From positions 1 through 47,542 of the forward strand of contig NW_021834558.1 in assembly GCF_006345805.1 (NCBI RefSeq): DNA of 47,542 nt. Reading direction: 5' to 3'. Shown piece by piece: positions 33,241 to 47,542 of this stretch. The position numbers and the translations under genes are program-made. How positions within the stretch are numbered: the stretch's first letter is position 1; each line of letters starts with the position of its first letter. Below the pieces are notes generated by a model, which did not search any database, was not told where the DNA came from, and saw only the letters and a list, made by a program, of their open reading frames with translations. The DNA is from Octopus sinensis. Lineage: Eukaryota.

Positions 33241-33420
33241 GCTATCACAGGGACTGGGCCTGAAGGTCGTATTCAAGCAGAAGATGTTGAAAAATTCATC
33301 AGCACTGGTGCAGTTCCTGCTGTTGCAACCCAACCTGTCTCCGTGCCTGCTGCAGCAACCCCAGCTGTTGCTGTACCTGGATTGGAGTACACAGATATAC
33401 CATTGTCAAACATTAGACAG
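33241..33420 (+). CDS. DLAT: DLAT exon 5, PSBD end and linker
   Basis: atatAG|GCT...CAG|GTaaag, 180 nt. AITGTGPEGRIQAEDVEKF...YTDIPLSNIRQ. Confidence 0.96.
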
Positions 33421-34020
33421 GTAAAGTAAAGTTAATGTAGAAATATTGTAACATATCATACACATTAACAATGACTGCATTTTTTACAAAATGTTTTGGG
33501 AATTTTTGGTATTGTTTTTATCTCTAAAATCACTCTAAATTGTCAAGTATTGTAAACAAGAATTGAGTTGCTGCTTTAGAAACTTAACTCAAGTAATATG
33601 AGAGAGGATATATAAATATATGTAGATGATCAGGTATTGATAGCAGTGATTGTTTATAGGTAAAAATGAATCAAGAGTTTTAAAAGTGATTACACAGAGA
33701 ATGATTTGTGAGGATATTGATACAAGGAAACTGGTGATTGCACAAGGCTATTTTAATCATTAGAAAATAGTCCCTTAAGAGACAATGCCAAAGAGTGTTT
33801 TATGCTATATTTGGGGCTCTACACTATGAAAATCCTAATCATTTTGTTTTTTAAACCATTTCAAATGATGCTCAATTAAAAAACTTTAAGCTTAAATATG
33901 AAATCTTTATTATACTTTATTTCTGAATCTGCCTAAACTTTATAATTTCTTTTTACTTATTTTATATTATTTTGTTTCTTTGATTAAATAGAACATTTAT
34001 AATTTCTTTATTATTTTCAG

Positions 34021-34106
34021 GTTATAGCAAAACGTTTGTTACAATCCAAGCAAACTATTCCTCATTATTATTTATCTGTGGATGTCAAAATGGATAATGT
34101 TATAAG
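34021..34106 (+). CDS. DLAT: DLAT exon 6, catalytic domain start
   Basis: ttttcAG|GTT...AG|GTaatt, 86 nt. [28 protein letters not shown](R). Confidence 0.96.
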
Positions 34107-34265
34107 GTAATTATATCAGTGTTCTTTTATGAACTACTGAAAAAAGTATTTCTATTATTAAAGCACATACAAAGTTATGCTTAAGACTACCATTATCATT
34201 TTCTCTAATATTTTGACTTGAATCTAGTATATAACTAATATTAGATATATTTGATAGTATTTTAA

Positions 34266-34778
34266 CCCTTTAGCATTTAAGCTGGCCATATCTGGCCTAA
34301 ATTTTCTACCTGTTTTATGTTCAAGCCAGCCAGATCTGGCACCTCACACCTACCCTTCATTATCTTTCTAAAAATAAACAATCACATCATCTAAATCTTG
34401 AAGCTACAAGATAATGCATGTTTAATTGAAAACAGTGTGAATTAATAAGCATTACATTTGCCGTGAAAGATCATGGCAACAAGAAACTCAGCAAAAATAA
34501 AAATGACTTCTATCATTAACATTCTTTCTTAGATATAGTTTACAAAGGAAATTTGAAAAGAGAATGTGTAAATTCATAGTATTCTGCTTGGACAATGTAT
34601 TAGACTTTCTTTTTTGTGTTTGAAAGAAGGAAGAGTTGATCTCTTCAAGGATATTTTACTATTTTTTTTGTTTAATGAGATTGATATTTTTACAAAATTT
34701 TAAATAATTAGACCATTATTCCTTGTGTCTTTTTTAGAATGCTTCAGTTTCTTTAAAAATAATTTTTTTTCCAAAGGG
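34266..34778. mobile_element. TTAA-flanked (piggyBac-like) MITE; right end tentative
   Basis: TTAA at 34262-34265 then CCCTTTAG. CCAAAGGG-TTAA at 34771-34782 gives only a 7/8 TIR match. The first ~95 bp match 8325-8414. Confidence 0.55.
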
Positions 34779-35422
34779 TTAATGATAACAATTATTTCTT
34801 ATTTCATGGGAAAAGTGTGACTTCTCACAAAACCCTCAAAGTTCAAAGTAATATGCAAAGTGTGCATATTTTGGTTTAACTTTTACATAAATTCTATGTT
34901 CCATATTCCCAAAATAGCAAAAATCAATTGAAGAGACAGTTTCCTTCTCATAGTCTAAAAGATGCTTTGATCTTAAAATTGCTGCTGACCTTTTATGAGA
35001 TTTTATGCAATTTAGGAAAGAGTTTTGAATGATTTGCCTGAATGTTGATGTAACCTAGAGAAACTCTTTTGTTTGTTTCTTCTCTCACAGCAAACAATAC
35101 TTTCTTTCTCAAGCTGCTTTCCTCTAGAATTTCTTGACAATATGTTTTTGCTAATTATTAAGTTTTAACTCTACATATTTTTACTGATACCATGTTAACA
35201 ACAGTTCCAAAATTCCGAAATCACTTCAATGTGAACAGAAAAATCAAATTAGGTGTGTGAATGTTTGAGAACTGAAATAAAATAGCTAAAAACCATTTTT
35301 TTTTTTACAAAGGCAGCTATTATTAATTTTTATATCCAATGGAAGCAAGAGAAAAGTAGACAAATGATTGGAATTGATGGTAAATATTTTTACACTTTTT
35401 TGTTTTTGCATTTTTTTTTCAG

Positions 35423-35563
35423 ATTGAGAAAAGAATTGAATGCAATACTTTCCAAACAAAACATTAAATTGTCAGTTAATGACTTTATTATTAAGGCCTC
35501 TGCTTTGTCTTGCTTGAAAGTTCCAGAGACAAATTCTTCTTGGATGGATTCTATTATCAGACA
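35423..35563 (+). CDS. DLAT: DLAT exon 7
   Basis: tttttcAG|A...CA|GTaaga, 141 nt. LRKELN...[32 protein letters not shown](Q). Confidence 0.96.
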
Positions 35564-36002
35564 GTAAGATTTTCTCCATTCTTTTATTTCTTCTTTATTC
35601 ATGATGTTCTATAAACATCTGCCATACAATTTTTTATGTGAAGTTAATCTCTTTTCATTTAATTGGATATTAGATTTTTTTGTTTTCCAATATTTCTTTT
35701 TTTATTTCACACATATGTGTTAAAATTATATCTATCCAAGAGTAAGTTAAATATAAAAATATATATCAAAGCAATATGTTTGGTCTTATTTCCTATATTT
35801 GCTGGAAATTGATATTAGACTTTAATTCGTATCATTAGTATCATTTTTACTTACTGTATATTTATTTATTTAGCTTTTTAATGCTTTCTGCATTGAATAT
35901 GTTAACATGAAGCTAATAAATGTCAGCTTTATGATATATACTTTTGCTTTTTAATAATACATCTATATATCAAAATTATAGTCATGATTTTCTTTTTCTC
36001 AG

Positions 36003-36084
36003 GTACCACTCAGTCGACATTAGTGTAGCGGTTGCAACTGACTATGGACTTATCACACCAATTGTAACTAGTGCAGACTCAAAA
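36003..36084 (+). CDS. DLAT: DLAT exon 8
   Basis: ttctcAG|G...AAA|GTgagt, 82 nt. YHSVDISVAVATDYGLITPIVTSADSK. Confidence 0.96.
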
Positions 36085-36345
36085 GTGAGTGAACTATGAA
36101 CTGATGAACTTTAAACAATATTCCTGTACCTGTTGTATGGGAAAGATGCTGCAATAAATTATCTGTTGTTATTTCTGTAACACAGCACAGCATAAAGAAC
36201 TGTGCTAATCATTGTAGCTAGGATGATAATTACAAAAAAGTTAATTGAAAATACCATCTTGCAGAGAATCGATGTGCATATATTTTGTTAGATTAAATAC
36301 ATTAGAAATTTCATTCTTAATTGTGAATCTCTTATGATGAATAAT

Positions 36346-37257
36346 CTGGCATGAGGTTTTTGAGAAGACCCATCCACTTCAGCAAAACTGAGTTCTGGAA
36401 GCACCTATGTATTCTGCCCACATGTAGTAGTAAAATTTTTCACACACCCTACCACAACAAACCAAACTACATCTCTACTTCTCGTCCTCACATTTCTTCT
36501 TTTTTCATACACTATGTTTATCTCTCCCTCTGCACTCCTGCAGCCCAATCCTGTCCTCACTACATACCCACTGTATCATTATTATCTTGTTGTCCTCCTC
36601 TATATACCCAGGTTTCACCAGTTACTGTATTTTTCCTGCCCTGTTCCTCCTTTACATTCAAATGAACTCCATACTCATGCACTCTTAGCAATGCTCTACC
36701 ATCCAATTCATATTCTCATCTCTATCTTGAGAGTATGCCCTGGCATATTGCAACCATCTCTCACTCTCATTCTCTTCTGCTCTCTTTCCAACTGTGGTAA
36801 CCACATATCTCCTCTACGTCAAGACACCTGTTTCGGTTCCTTTGTAATACTGTAATCTCTCATCACCTGGCACACAGCCACCTCCTCCCATACTCCCTCC
36901 CTCTCAAAGGTTCTTTGGCTTGCAAGTTACTTGGTAGCCTTGCTGGTGCTAGTGTTATGTAAAAAGCATCCAGTCCACACTAAAGCAGTTGGCGTTTGGA
37001 AAAGCATGCCACAGCAGACCTCACCAGTGCTAAGTAAAGTGCACCCAGCCCACTCTGTAAAGTGGTTGTTGTTTTGAAGGGCATCCAGCTGTAAAAATTA
37101 TACCAAAACAGACTTCGCCAGTGCTGGTGCATTGTGAAAAGCATCCAGTTCACTCTGTAAAGTTGTTGGAAGGACATCCAGCCATAAAAACCATGCCAAC
37201 TCCTATCAAACTGTCCAATCCATGTCAGCATGGAAAACATTTTAAATGATGATGATG
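36346..37257 (+). mobile_element. RTE LINE 3' end (ORF terminus, CT-rich UTR, (GAT)n tail), same subfamily as 1345-2440
   Basis: Homologous to the reverse complement of 1345-2440. Possible 5-bp TSD ATAAT (36341-5 / 37258-62). Confidence 0.8.
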
Positions 37258-37465
37258 ATAATTGACAATCATGGTTCCTATGAGATTTATCTTGAATTTC
37301 TTTCAATAATGTTTTCTAGTAGTCGTAAATATCATTTCTTTTATTTGTATTGAAAATTGTATGCTCTAACAATTACAATATATATGATTATAGTGATTAA
37401 TAAAATGACTGGGCTTTAATTTAGTGTTCTATAACATTTTTCACGCTTGTATTTTCCTCCATTAG

Positions 37466-37546
37466 GGTCTTTCTGCTATTAGTAAAGATGTACAGTCTTT
37501 GGCAGCAAAAGCCAAAGAAGGTAAATTACAACCATCTGAATATCAG
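37466..37546 (+). CDS. DLAT: DLAT exon 9
   Basis: ccattAG|GGT...CAG|GTatgg, 81 nt. GLSAISKDVQSLAAKAKEGKLQPSEYQ. Confidence 0.96.
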
Positions 37547-37662
37547 GTATGGAAATGTTTAAATAATTTTTAATTCTGTTTGAATATTGGAAATATGCTT
37601 TTAGGTGACTTAGAGATAATTAAAATTGCTATAATTATTTTACCTGGTCGATTCTCTTTATG

Positions 37663-37988
37663 TAGGGGTTCTCAACCATTTTTTATCTTTGGATCCCTTT
37701 GATTACTATTTTATTCTGGTGGACCCCCATAGCCATTCAATGTTTAAAAACTAATTTTATAGAAATTTCTTTCAAAATTCATATTTTGTTTTACACACAT
37801 TAACTTCTGTAGGTTGCCCTATGTAAAATGTTAGAGAAACCGAGCTGTTTCATACAATACATATCAATACATGCATCTAAAGCAAAATTTTTTCAGGGGC
37901 CCTTAAAATATTATTGTGAATTCCCAGTTTACTATTTTGCAGCATGGACCCACAAAAGTCTTTTATGGACCCTGGTTGAGAACCACTG
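37663..37988. mobile_element. hAT (Charlie-type) MITE, copy 1
   Basis: TIRs TAGGGGTTCTCAACC / GGTTGAGAACCACTG. Internal sequence is shared with 39023-39321. No TSD recognisable. Confidence 0.8.
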
Positions 37989-38354
37989 ACCTTGCAAATA
38001 TGATAGAGCTTCATATGTTTAATATATTGAGTTAGAAAAACTAGAGTTAACTGAGGTTATGCTTGTAATTACAAGATAAAAACTCTCATTTTGAAGTGTT
38101 TAAAATCTATAAAAAAATTGGTGACAACTTCAATAAAACAAGTTGCCAAAATCTTAAAATAGTATTACTTAAATTCACATATCAACCTTAAATTAATGTT
38201 GTCCCTGTTTTTCATTAGATATACCAATACAAGAATTTTTTTATATATCATAGAAGAAAGCAAAGTTGTACTCATAGCTTTTGTAGGTCAAGGTTGATGT
38301 AGTTAATGTTTAACTCGAACTTTTCTAGGTTGAGACTTACAGGGAAAATTTGGA

Positions 38355-38422
38355 ATCCAGAAAGTTTCAGTTTTAGGATGAAATATTCATCCAGAAAGTT
38401 TCAATTCCAGGATGAAATATTC
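38355..38422. repeat. 34-bp tandem duplication
   Basis: ATCCAGAAAGTTTCAGTTTTAGGATGAAATATTC then ATCCAGAAAGTTTCAATTCCAGGATGAAATATTC (3 mismatches). Confidence 0.9.
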
Positions 38423-39022
38423 ATGCAATCTTTTTCACAGTAAAAACTATGAAGGATGAGGAAAGGAAATGTAAGTTAAATAAGTGGATTTGGTGGGTAA
38501 ACAGCTTGTTAGTTCAAATTAGTAGGAACTACTCTAGATGAGATATTGATAAGACAGAGTATATACAGGCTACTGGTTGGAGTGTGCTAATGAGTGCAGT
38601 ATTGATAGCCTCTTTTTTATACAATCTAAAATGTTTATGAATGTAGCAGATATTCCATCCCAAAAATTCAATCTATTCAATCTAATGCAAAGTTCTATTT
38701 CTATCTCGTTAAATCATTATCTAAATTTTCATCTTTACTATCCTTGATATTACCTAATATTTGCTGGCAAACATCAAGATTTATTTAAGAACACTGCTGA
38801 ACCTGTGAATTCATAGAAGCTATAAATTATTTCAGATAACAACTGCTGTTAAAATATACATTTATTGACTGCCTAACAATTTAATTACCAGAGTAAATAA
38901 ATTTTAGTTTAAGGACTTAAATTGGTGCAAATAAAGAACAGATTCACTTGCCTGAAATAAAATACAATTATTATAAAAATAAATTACCTTCATCAAATCC
39001 CATTTTACCTAATATTCTAGAG

Positions 39023-39321
39023 CAGTGGTTTTCAACAATTTTTTACATATGGACCCCTTTGATTACTATTTTATTCTGATGGACCCCCATAGCCATTTGA
39101 TGTTTAAAAACTAGTTTTTTATTTTGCTGTTCACACATGAACTTAGGATGGTTGAAGTATGTAAAATGTTAGAGACAAAAATTTTGCTGTTTCTTGTAAT
39201 AAATACTTCTAAGGGAACATTTTTTCATGAACTCTTAAAATACTACTGTGGGTACTCAATTTACTATTTTGCTTGCGTGGACCCCCAAAAATCTTACATG
39301 TCCACCTGTTGAGAAACACTG
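39023..39321. mobile_element. hAT (Charlie-type) MITE, copy 2
   Basis: 15-bp TIRs CAGTGGTTTTCAACA / TGTTGAGAAACACTG. Perfect 8-bp TSD TTCTAGAG (39015-39022, 39322-39329), matching the NTCTAGAN target of Charlie-type hATs. Confidence 0.93.
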
Positions 39322-39512
39322 TTCTAGAGCCATATGTCATATGATAGCCATACTTTTGTTTAATTTAATAGTCTATGATGTCTCAAATTTCATTCTTGCA
39401 AATTTTGTCCTGAGTTCATCTAATTTATGTTTTGCAAATATTTTGTTAAATCAATTGAAATTATATTAATGAATTATAACTTTTCACTCATTTGTTTAAT
39501 TACTGAATGTAG

Positions 39513-39614
<102 letters not shown>

Positions 39615-39979
39615 TAAAATATTTTCTTCAAATGACTTAGCAACAAAGTATCTTAATCCTATATTATCCCTTCTGCAATTACTTGAGCTTTCTTTAGTTT
39701 GTTTCTACCAAAGCTACAACTTTTTCATTTTGCATGTATTAACCTGTACTGTACAAATTTATTCCTAATGCAGTGTTGTCTTCTCAATTCCCTCTTCTAA
39801 CATTACACATCCAAAAGATTATACTTAACTCATTCCTTTTCATTTAGTGCAAATCTTCTATCATTATTCATATTTCACTACCATACCTTAGTGCAGACCT
39901 CATACCATGTGTTATTTACATAGGTTAAGGTTAAAGTATTTGTAGCCAACAATTTATTCTTATTCTAGCTACTTTACAT

Positions 39980-41995
39980 CATCATCATCATTTAATGTCT
40001 GCTTTCATGCTGGCATGGGTTGGACAGTTTGACTGAGGACTAGCGAGCCAGATGGCTGCACCAGGCTCCAATCTGATCTGGCAGAGTTTCTACAGCTAGA
40101 TGCCCTTCCTAACGCCAAGCACTACAAGAGTGTAGTGGATGCTTTTACGTGCCACTGGCACAAGGGCCAGTCAGGCGGTACTGGCAATGGTCATGCTCAA
40201 ATGGTGTTTTTACATGCCACCTGCACAGGAGCCAGTCAGGCGGCACTTGCAACAACCTCACTCGAATGTTGTTTTTCATGTGCCAGTAAGGCGACACTGG
40301 TAACAATCATGCTTGAATGGTGCGTTTTATATGTGCCACTGCACGGGAGCCAGTCAGTGGCCCTGGCAATGATCACGCTCGGATGATACTCTTAGCGCTC
40401 CACTGGCACAGATGCCAGTCATGCGGTACTGTCATCGAATTCAATTTCGATTTCACTTGCCTCAACAGGTCTTCACAAGCAGAGTTTAGTGTTCAATGAA
40501 GGAAAGGTATGCATAAGTGGGCTGGTTACACCATTGGCATAGGCCACGGGTTATGGTCTCACTTGGCTTGCTGGGTCTTCTCTAGCACAGCATATTTCCA
40601 AAGGTCTCAGTCACTAGTCATTGCCTCAGTGAGGCTTAATGTTCGAAGGCTGTGCTTCATCACCTCATCCCAGGTTTCCTGGGTCTACCTCTTCCACAGA
40701 TTCTCTCAGCTGCTAGGGTGTGACACTTTTTCACACAGCTATCCTCATCCAAATCTCACCATATGACCATACCAGTGCAGTCGTCTCTCTTGTACACCAC
40801 ATCTGATGCTTCTTAGGTCCAACTTTTCTCTCAAGGCATTTATTTACACTCTGTTCAGTATGCACACTGACATTACACATCCAGTGGAGCATACTGGCTT
40901 CATTCCTTGCAAGTTTACGCATGTCCTCAGCAGTCATGGCCTGTTTCACTGCCATGTAGCATGGCTTTTCGTACACATGTGTCATACAGTCTGCCTTTTA
41001 TTCTGAGCGAGAGGCCCTTTTGTCACCAGCAGAGGTAGAAGCTCTCTGAACTTTGCCCAGGCTATTCTTATTCTAGCAGCTACACTTTCAGAGCACCCAC
41101 CCCCACTACTGACTTGGTCACCTAGGTAACGGAAGCTATCAACTACTTGTAGTTTTTCTCCCTGGAATGTGGCAGAAGTTGTTCTCTGCATATTTTCAGT
41201 GTTTATTGCTCCTGAGCATCTGCCACATACAAAATCTATCTTTCCAGTTAGCCTTCCTTTGTTATTGCTGCACCTCTTATGTGTTCATAGCTTACACTGT
41301 GTACATCTTATGCCTTTTCTACAGATCAAGCAGGGCCATCTACCTGAAGGGATTTGTGATTTGTCTGCCTTCCTACTTACTAGGACTTTGGTTTAAGCCA
41401 GGTTGACTCTAAGGCCCTTCGATTCTAATCCTTGCTTCTACACCTGAAACTTCTCCTCTAGTTCTGATAGTGACTCAGCAATTAGAGCAAGGTCATCAGC
41501 ATAGAGGAGCTCCCAGGGTCATCCTGTCTTGAATTCCTCTGTTATTGCTTGGAGGACTATGATAAATAGGAGGGGGCTGAGGACCGAACCTTGGTGGACC
41601 CCTATCTCTACCCGGAATTCTTCACTGTACTTTTGCCAACCCTCACCTTACAGCGTCACTAACCATTCATCTATCCCTAGTTTCCTCATTGACCACCAGA
41701 TAAGGGAATGGGTGGATCCTGTCAAAGGCTTTCTCCATGTCAATGAAAGCCAGGTACAGAGGTTTATCTTTGGCTAGGTATTTCTCCTGCAGCTGTCTTA
41801 CCAGAAATATAGCATCAGTGGTGCTTTTCCTTGGCACAAACCCAAACTGCATCTCATCTAAACTAACTCTCTCCCTAATTAGTTGAGCTATGACCCTCTC
41901 TGTGACCTTCATTACCTGATCCAACAACTTGATACCACTGTAATTATTTGTATCTAAAGAGTCACCTTTACCTTTGTAGCAGTTGACTATGGTGC
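39980..41995 (-). mobile_element. 5'-truncated RTE LINE (RT domain to 3' tail), ~2 kb
   Basis: TSD TTACAT (39974-39979, 41996-42001). QFGFVPRKSTTDAIFLVRQLQEKYL...DMEKAFDR; LLYADDLAL (YADD ~41492-41503); FRYLGD. Frameshifted. Confidence 0.92.
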
Positions 41996-42694
41996 TTACA
42001 TTTAACTATAATTATGTTTAATAGAAGTTTATTACTTAGGTTTCACAACAACTGTTAGAAAGCCATCTGAGCATTCCAAATCCTATTGTCAGTTACTTCT
42101 GTGTATCTTAAGATCTGTTTCTCTGTTAATTTGTACATTTAACCTGTCATAAGACAATGCAATTATTTATTTTAAAATAAATTATAAAAAGAAATTGAAA
42201 CTAAAGTTAAAAATATATAAAGACATAAGGTTAAATTTTATTTAATATTAACTCCTGTTAAAGATAAATGTTAGTAGTATAATGTTAAAAAGGAAATGTT
42301 CTTTTAGCAAAACCAGTTTGAATTTTCTTTTACTGCTTGTTAGCATAGATTAAAACATAAAATTCTATCTCATTGAATTGTCATGAGAAAAAAAATTTTC
42401 TTTCATTTTGGTAAGGTAACTGATATTAACTGGGGAAAAAAATCAATATATCTTATCTCTTTGTTGTGCTGGTGAAGTCATAGGTAAAATGCATTTGGTT
42501 TTTCAGTGTCATTATAAATTGCATCTTATTTAATTAATAAACTGTTATGGAATCAGTTTGTTAGTGATTGTATTCTATCGTCTGAAAATAAGGTTTGAAA
42601 CCTAAAAGAATGAAAATTACATTTGTAATAGCAGAAAAATTATGTATTTTGCTTCTTTTGTCAAGAGTTTAAAATAGTTTTCTCTTCTAAACAG

Positions 42695-42753
42695 GCTTGT
42701 ATTTTAGCTGTTGGAGGTGCAGAAGAAAGACTTGTTGCTGGTTCAGAAGAAGG
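42695..42753 (+). CDS. DLAT: DLAT exon 11
   Basis: ctaaacAG|GCT...GG|GTatgt, 59 nt. ACILAVGGAEERLVAGSEE(G). Confidence 0.95.
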
Positions 42754-44312
42754 GTATGTATTTTATATATCTTACATTCATGATTTAATATCTGTGCCAT
42801 TTTTATAAAATAAATTTTATTCTTATGTTTGTGTGTTTGTTTTGCAAGATACTTTACATGAAATTATGTGTTGAAATATATTGTTATATTTAGGGATGGT
42901 CGTATTTTGCCATTTAAACATATGCACTATATATTTGTTCTTCATTTCAGTTTTAGCATTATTTTAGTTTCTTTGAAGCTCTTTCCTCACACATCTTGTA
43001 ACTCTTCTGTGACTCTCTTTCCCATATATCTCTTCTTGTTCAGAATAAACAGAACAAGAGGAGACATGTGGGCTAAAGAGTTGCTTTGATAAAGAAACTA
43101 TAATAATAATAATAAAACTGAAGTTAAGAACAAATATATATATATATAGTGTGTGTGTTTATTTGGCAAAATATGACTATCCTCAAGTATAACAATAAAT
43201 TTCATTCCATAGCTTATTTCAAAACATAAATATTTGTAAAATATTCATGGCAGTTACAAATGCACCAGCTAATGATATGTAAGGTCAGTTCTGTGACCGA
43301 GTAGATCTAGATCAAAAGCAGGAACAGACATGATCATCCTGTTTTTTTTTATTTAGTCACTTTATCTACATTATTCAAAGTGTCCTGTGTGGTGGTATGA
43401 AAGATTTTGACTGCTATACTTTGCAGATTGAGCTACCATAGGCTTAAATTATGTACATAATAGATGTTAGCATGATGAAAACTGTACACTAGAGGAAAGT
43501 TTCTGAGATCAGAGTTTGTACTTAATTGAAGTTGTCTCACTTTATTTACATTGCTAATGTTTCTCTCTAGAAATATAACGCATCGTAACAGACCAATATA
43601 CATAGCTTGTCTGTTGACCTAATTGAATTCTGTTTGAATTTTGTTACTGGCATTTGTTGTGCTTTCAAGTTTACTTAGTAGAACATAAGACTTCTTCCAA
43701 TATACAGACTACTGAGAGTAATTTTTACAATAGTTTGTGTAAATATCAGAATTGTTCATTTAATATTAATTAACATGGAAAAAAATCTCAAGTAAATCCA
43801 TTCACAAAGGAAAACCATTTTTTTAGTAAACCGTTGTAAGTATCTTTGAAAGCTAGTATCAGTCAAATAGATTATTTTCTTATTTCATTTTTGTTATATT
43901 AGAAGGCACAAAAAGAAAATGACTCTCTCCAGACACAACAGATTATTTTCTCTTTAAATTTGTAAAATAAGTTTGCATGTGAAGAGATGAGTTGTAATAT
44001 TTTGAGTGTGAAGTGTATTAGAAGGCTTTAAAAGGAAGTTAGAGCCAGTGATAAGTCAGTGCTAAAGCTTCATACACACACCTAAAGTAAAGTGTTTGTG
44101 TATATGTAAAAAAATAAGGATCTGTGCTTAATTTCGCTGACATTTGCTTTTTCCTGGCAACCAGTGAGTCAGTTAATAATTATAGTGTATTGTAGCAGCA
44201 TACATACAAGATTCTAACTTGTCACACTCCAGCTGCCACATTTTTACCCCACTACATTTTTCTTAACATTTACTTAATTCACAGCCTTCAAATGCACTTC
44301 TCATTTCTTTAA

Positions 44313-46606
<2,294 letters not shown>

Positions 46607-46793
46607 TTAAAGGGTCCTGCACAAAATATCATAACTGACTCCTTATTATATTTGGTATATTTTATTTACTTTTTTTGGTTAGTGCAGACCATCACTTGTT
46701 GCTTCAAACAAATATCTTTTACTTAATTTGTTTTGTTGTTGTTAAAGTCGTATATTCCTGAAAAATGATGTAATTTTTTTTGATTTGTTACAG

Positions 46794-46923
46794 ATTCAAT
46801 GTTGCTAGTGTTATGAGTGTTACACTCAGTTGTGATCATCGAGTGGTAGATGGTGCTGTTGGTGCTCAGTGGCTAGCTGAGTTTAAACGTTACTTGGAAA
46901 CACCAGAGACCATGATGTTATAA
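46794..46923 (+). CDS. DLAT: DLAT exon 12 (last), catalytic motif and stop
   Basis: ttgttacAG|A TTC...[48 protein letters not shown], catalytic His at 46837-46839. The exon sum of 1539 nt gives 512 aa plus stop. Confidence 0.97.
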
Positions 46924-47217
46924 AGAGAATCCATTTATCAATTGTAATTATGAGAAACTATAAAGTGGATTGGAATTAGGATGTTGCTGGCATCCCATTA
47001 GAGTTTACCCCAATTTGTTTTGTAGAGTTCCAAAATATTGGCCAGAACAAGGTTTTCATTTTGAAGAAAAGCTCAAACAGAAAAATGTATATTTTTCATC
47101 ATTTTCTATATAACTGATTTCTTATAATTTTGTTTGTTCATGAAAGGAAAAAAACAACAAAACAAAAACAATGACCTTTTGAGAAGTAACATCATAAAGA
47201 AATCCTACAATTAAGTT

Positions 47218-47223
47218 AATAAA
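47218..47223 (+). terminator. Candidate DLAT polyadenylation signal
   Basis: The only AATAAA noticed after the stop codon (~295 nt downstream), followed by T/GT-rich sequence at ~47255-47280. Confidence 0.4.
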
Positions 47224-47483
47224 TTGGTTATTGGGAAATATTGCATTCTTGAAATTTTATTCTTTTGTTGTGAAATGTAGGGTCTTATAATTTCCTTAAT
47301 TTTTTATTTCCATGTAACTGTGTTGTCATCCATCACCTACTCTTATTTTGTCTACTGCTATTGCCCATCGTTACCCTCCTGTTGTCACCCCAATAACTCT
47401 GTCCCTTCCATGCTATCCTTGCTCCTTTCATCCACTAATTTTAGCCTTATGCTGTTCCTTTTCTGGATCATATATACAATGGA

Positions 47484-47542
47484 TATATATCTGTATATAT
47501 ATATATGTATATATATACATATATTTATATATATATATATAC
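47484..47542. repeat. Degenerate (TA)n microsatellite at the window end
   Basis: Interrupted TA runs. Confidence 0.85.

Noticed and set aside
43270-43445. Possible SINE remnant in DLAT intron 11
   Set aside because: Resemblance is from memory only, with no second copy in the window to confirm it. Too decayed to call.

Overview
AT-rich, intron-rich animal genomic DNA. The repeat families ((CAT/GAT)n-tailed RTE LINEs, tRNA-derived SINEs, TTAA MITEs) look like those of Octopus or another cephalopod, but that is recognition from memory and not verified. Two host genes can be assembled by hand with consistent GT-AG phases. They lie head-to-head, with 435 bp between start codons. (1) A MORN2-like gene on the - strand: coding exons 19884-19917, 9562-9636 and 4373-4616, with the final exon apparently left of the window. 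(2) A complete 12-exon DLAT (pyruvate dehydrogenase E2) on the + strand, 20353-46923: 1539 nt, 512 aa, with one lipoyl domain, a PSBD and the DHRxxDG catalytic motif. The introns hold many decayed mobile elements: several RTE LINE copies (three nested in older elements), two restriction-like-endonuclease LINEs (HERO-like and CRE-like), Tc1, mariner, piggyBac, hAT and TTAA MITEs, and SINEs. The most unusual observations are a diverged terminal direct repeat around the HERO-like LINE whose left copy folds into a partial hammerhead-like core, a second hammerhead-like remnant, a 92-bp tandem duplication of a MORN2 splice acceptor, and a sense-oriented piggyBac in the last DLAT intron. No prokaryotic features, CRISPR arrays, rRNA or bona fide tRNA genes were seen. 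All alignments and coordinates were derived by eye.
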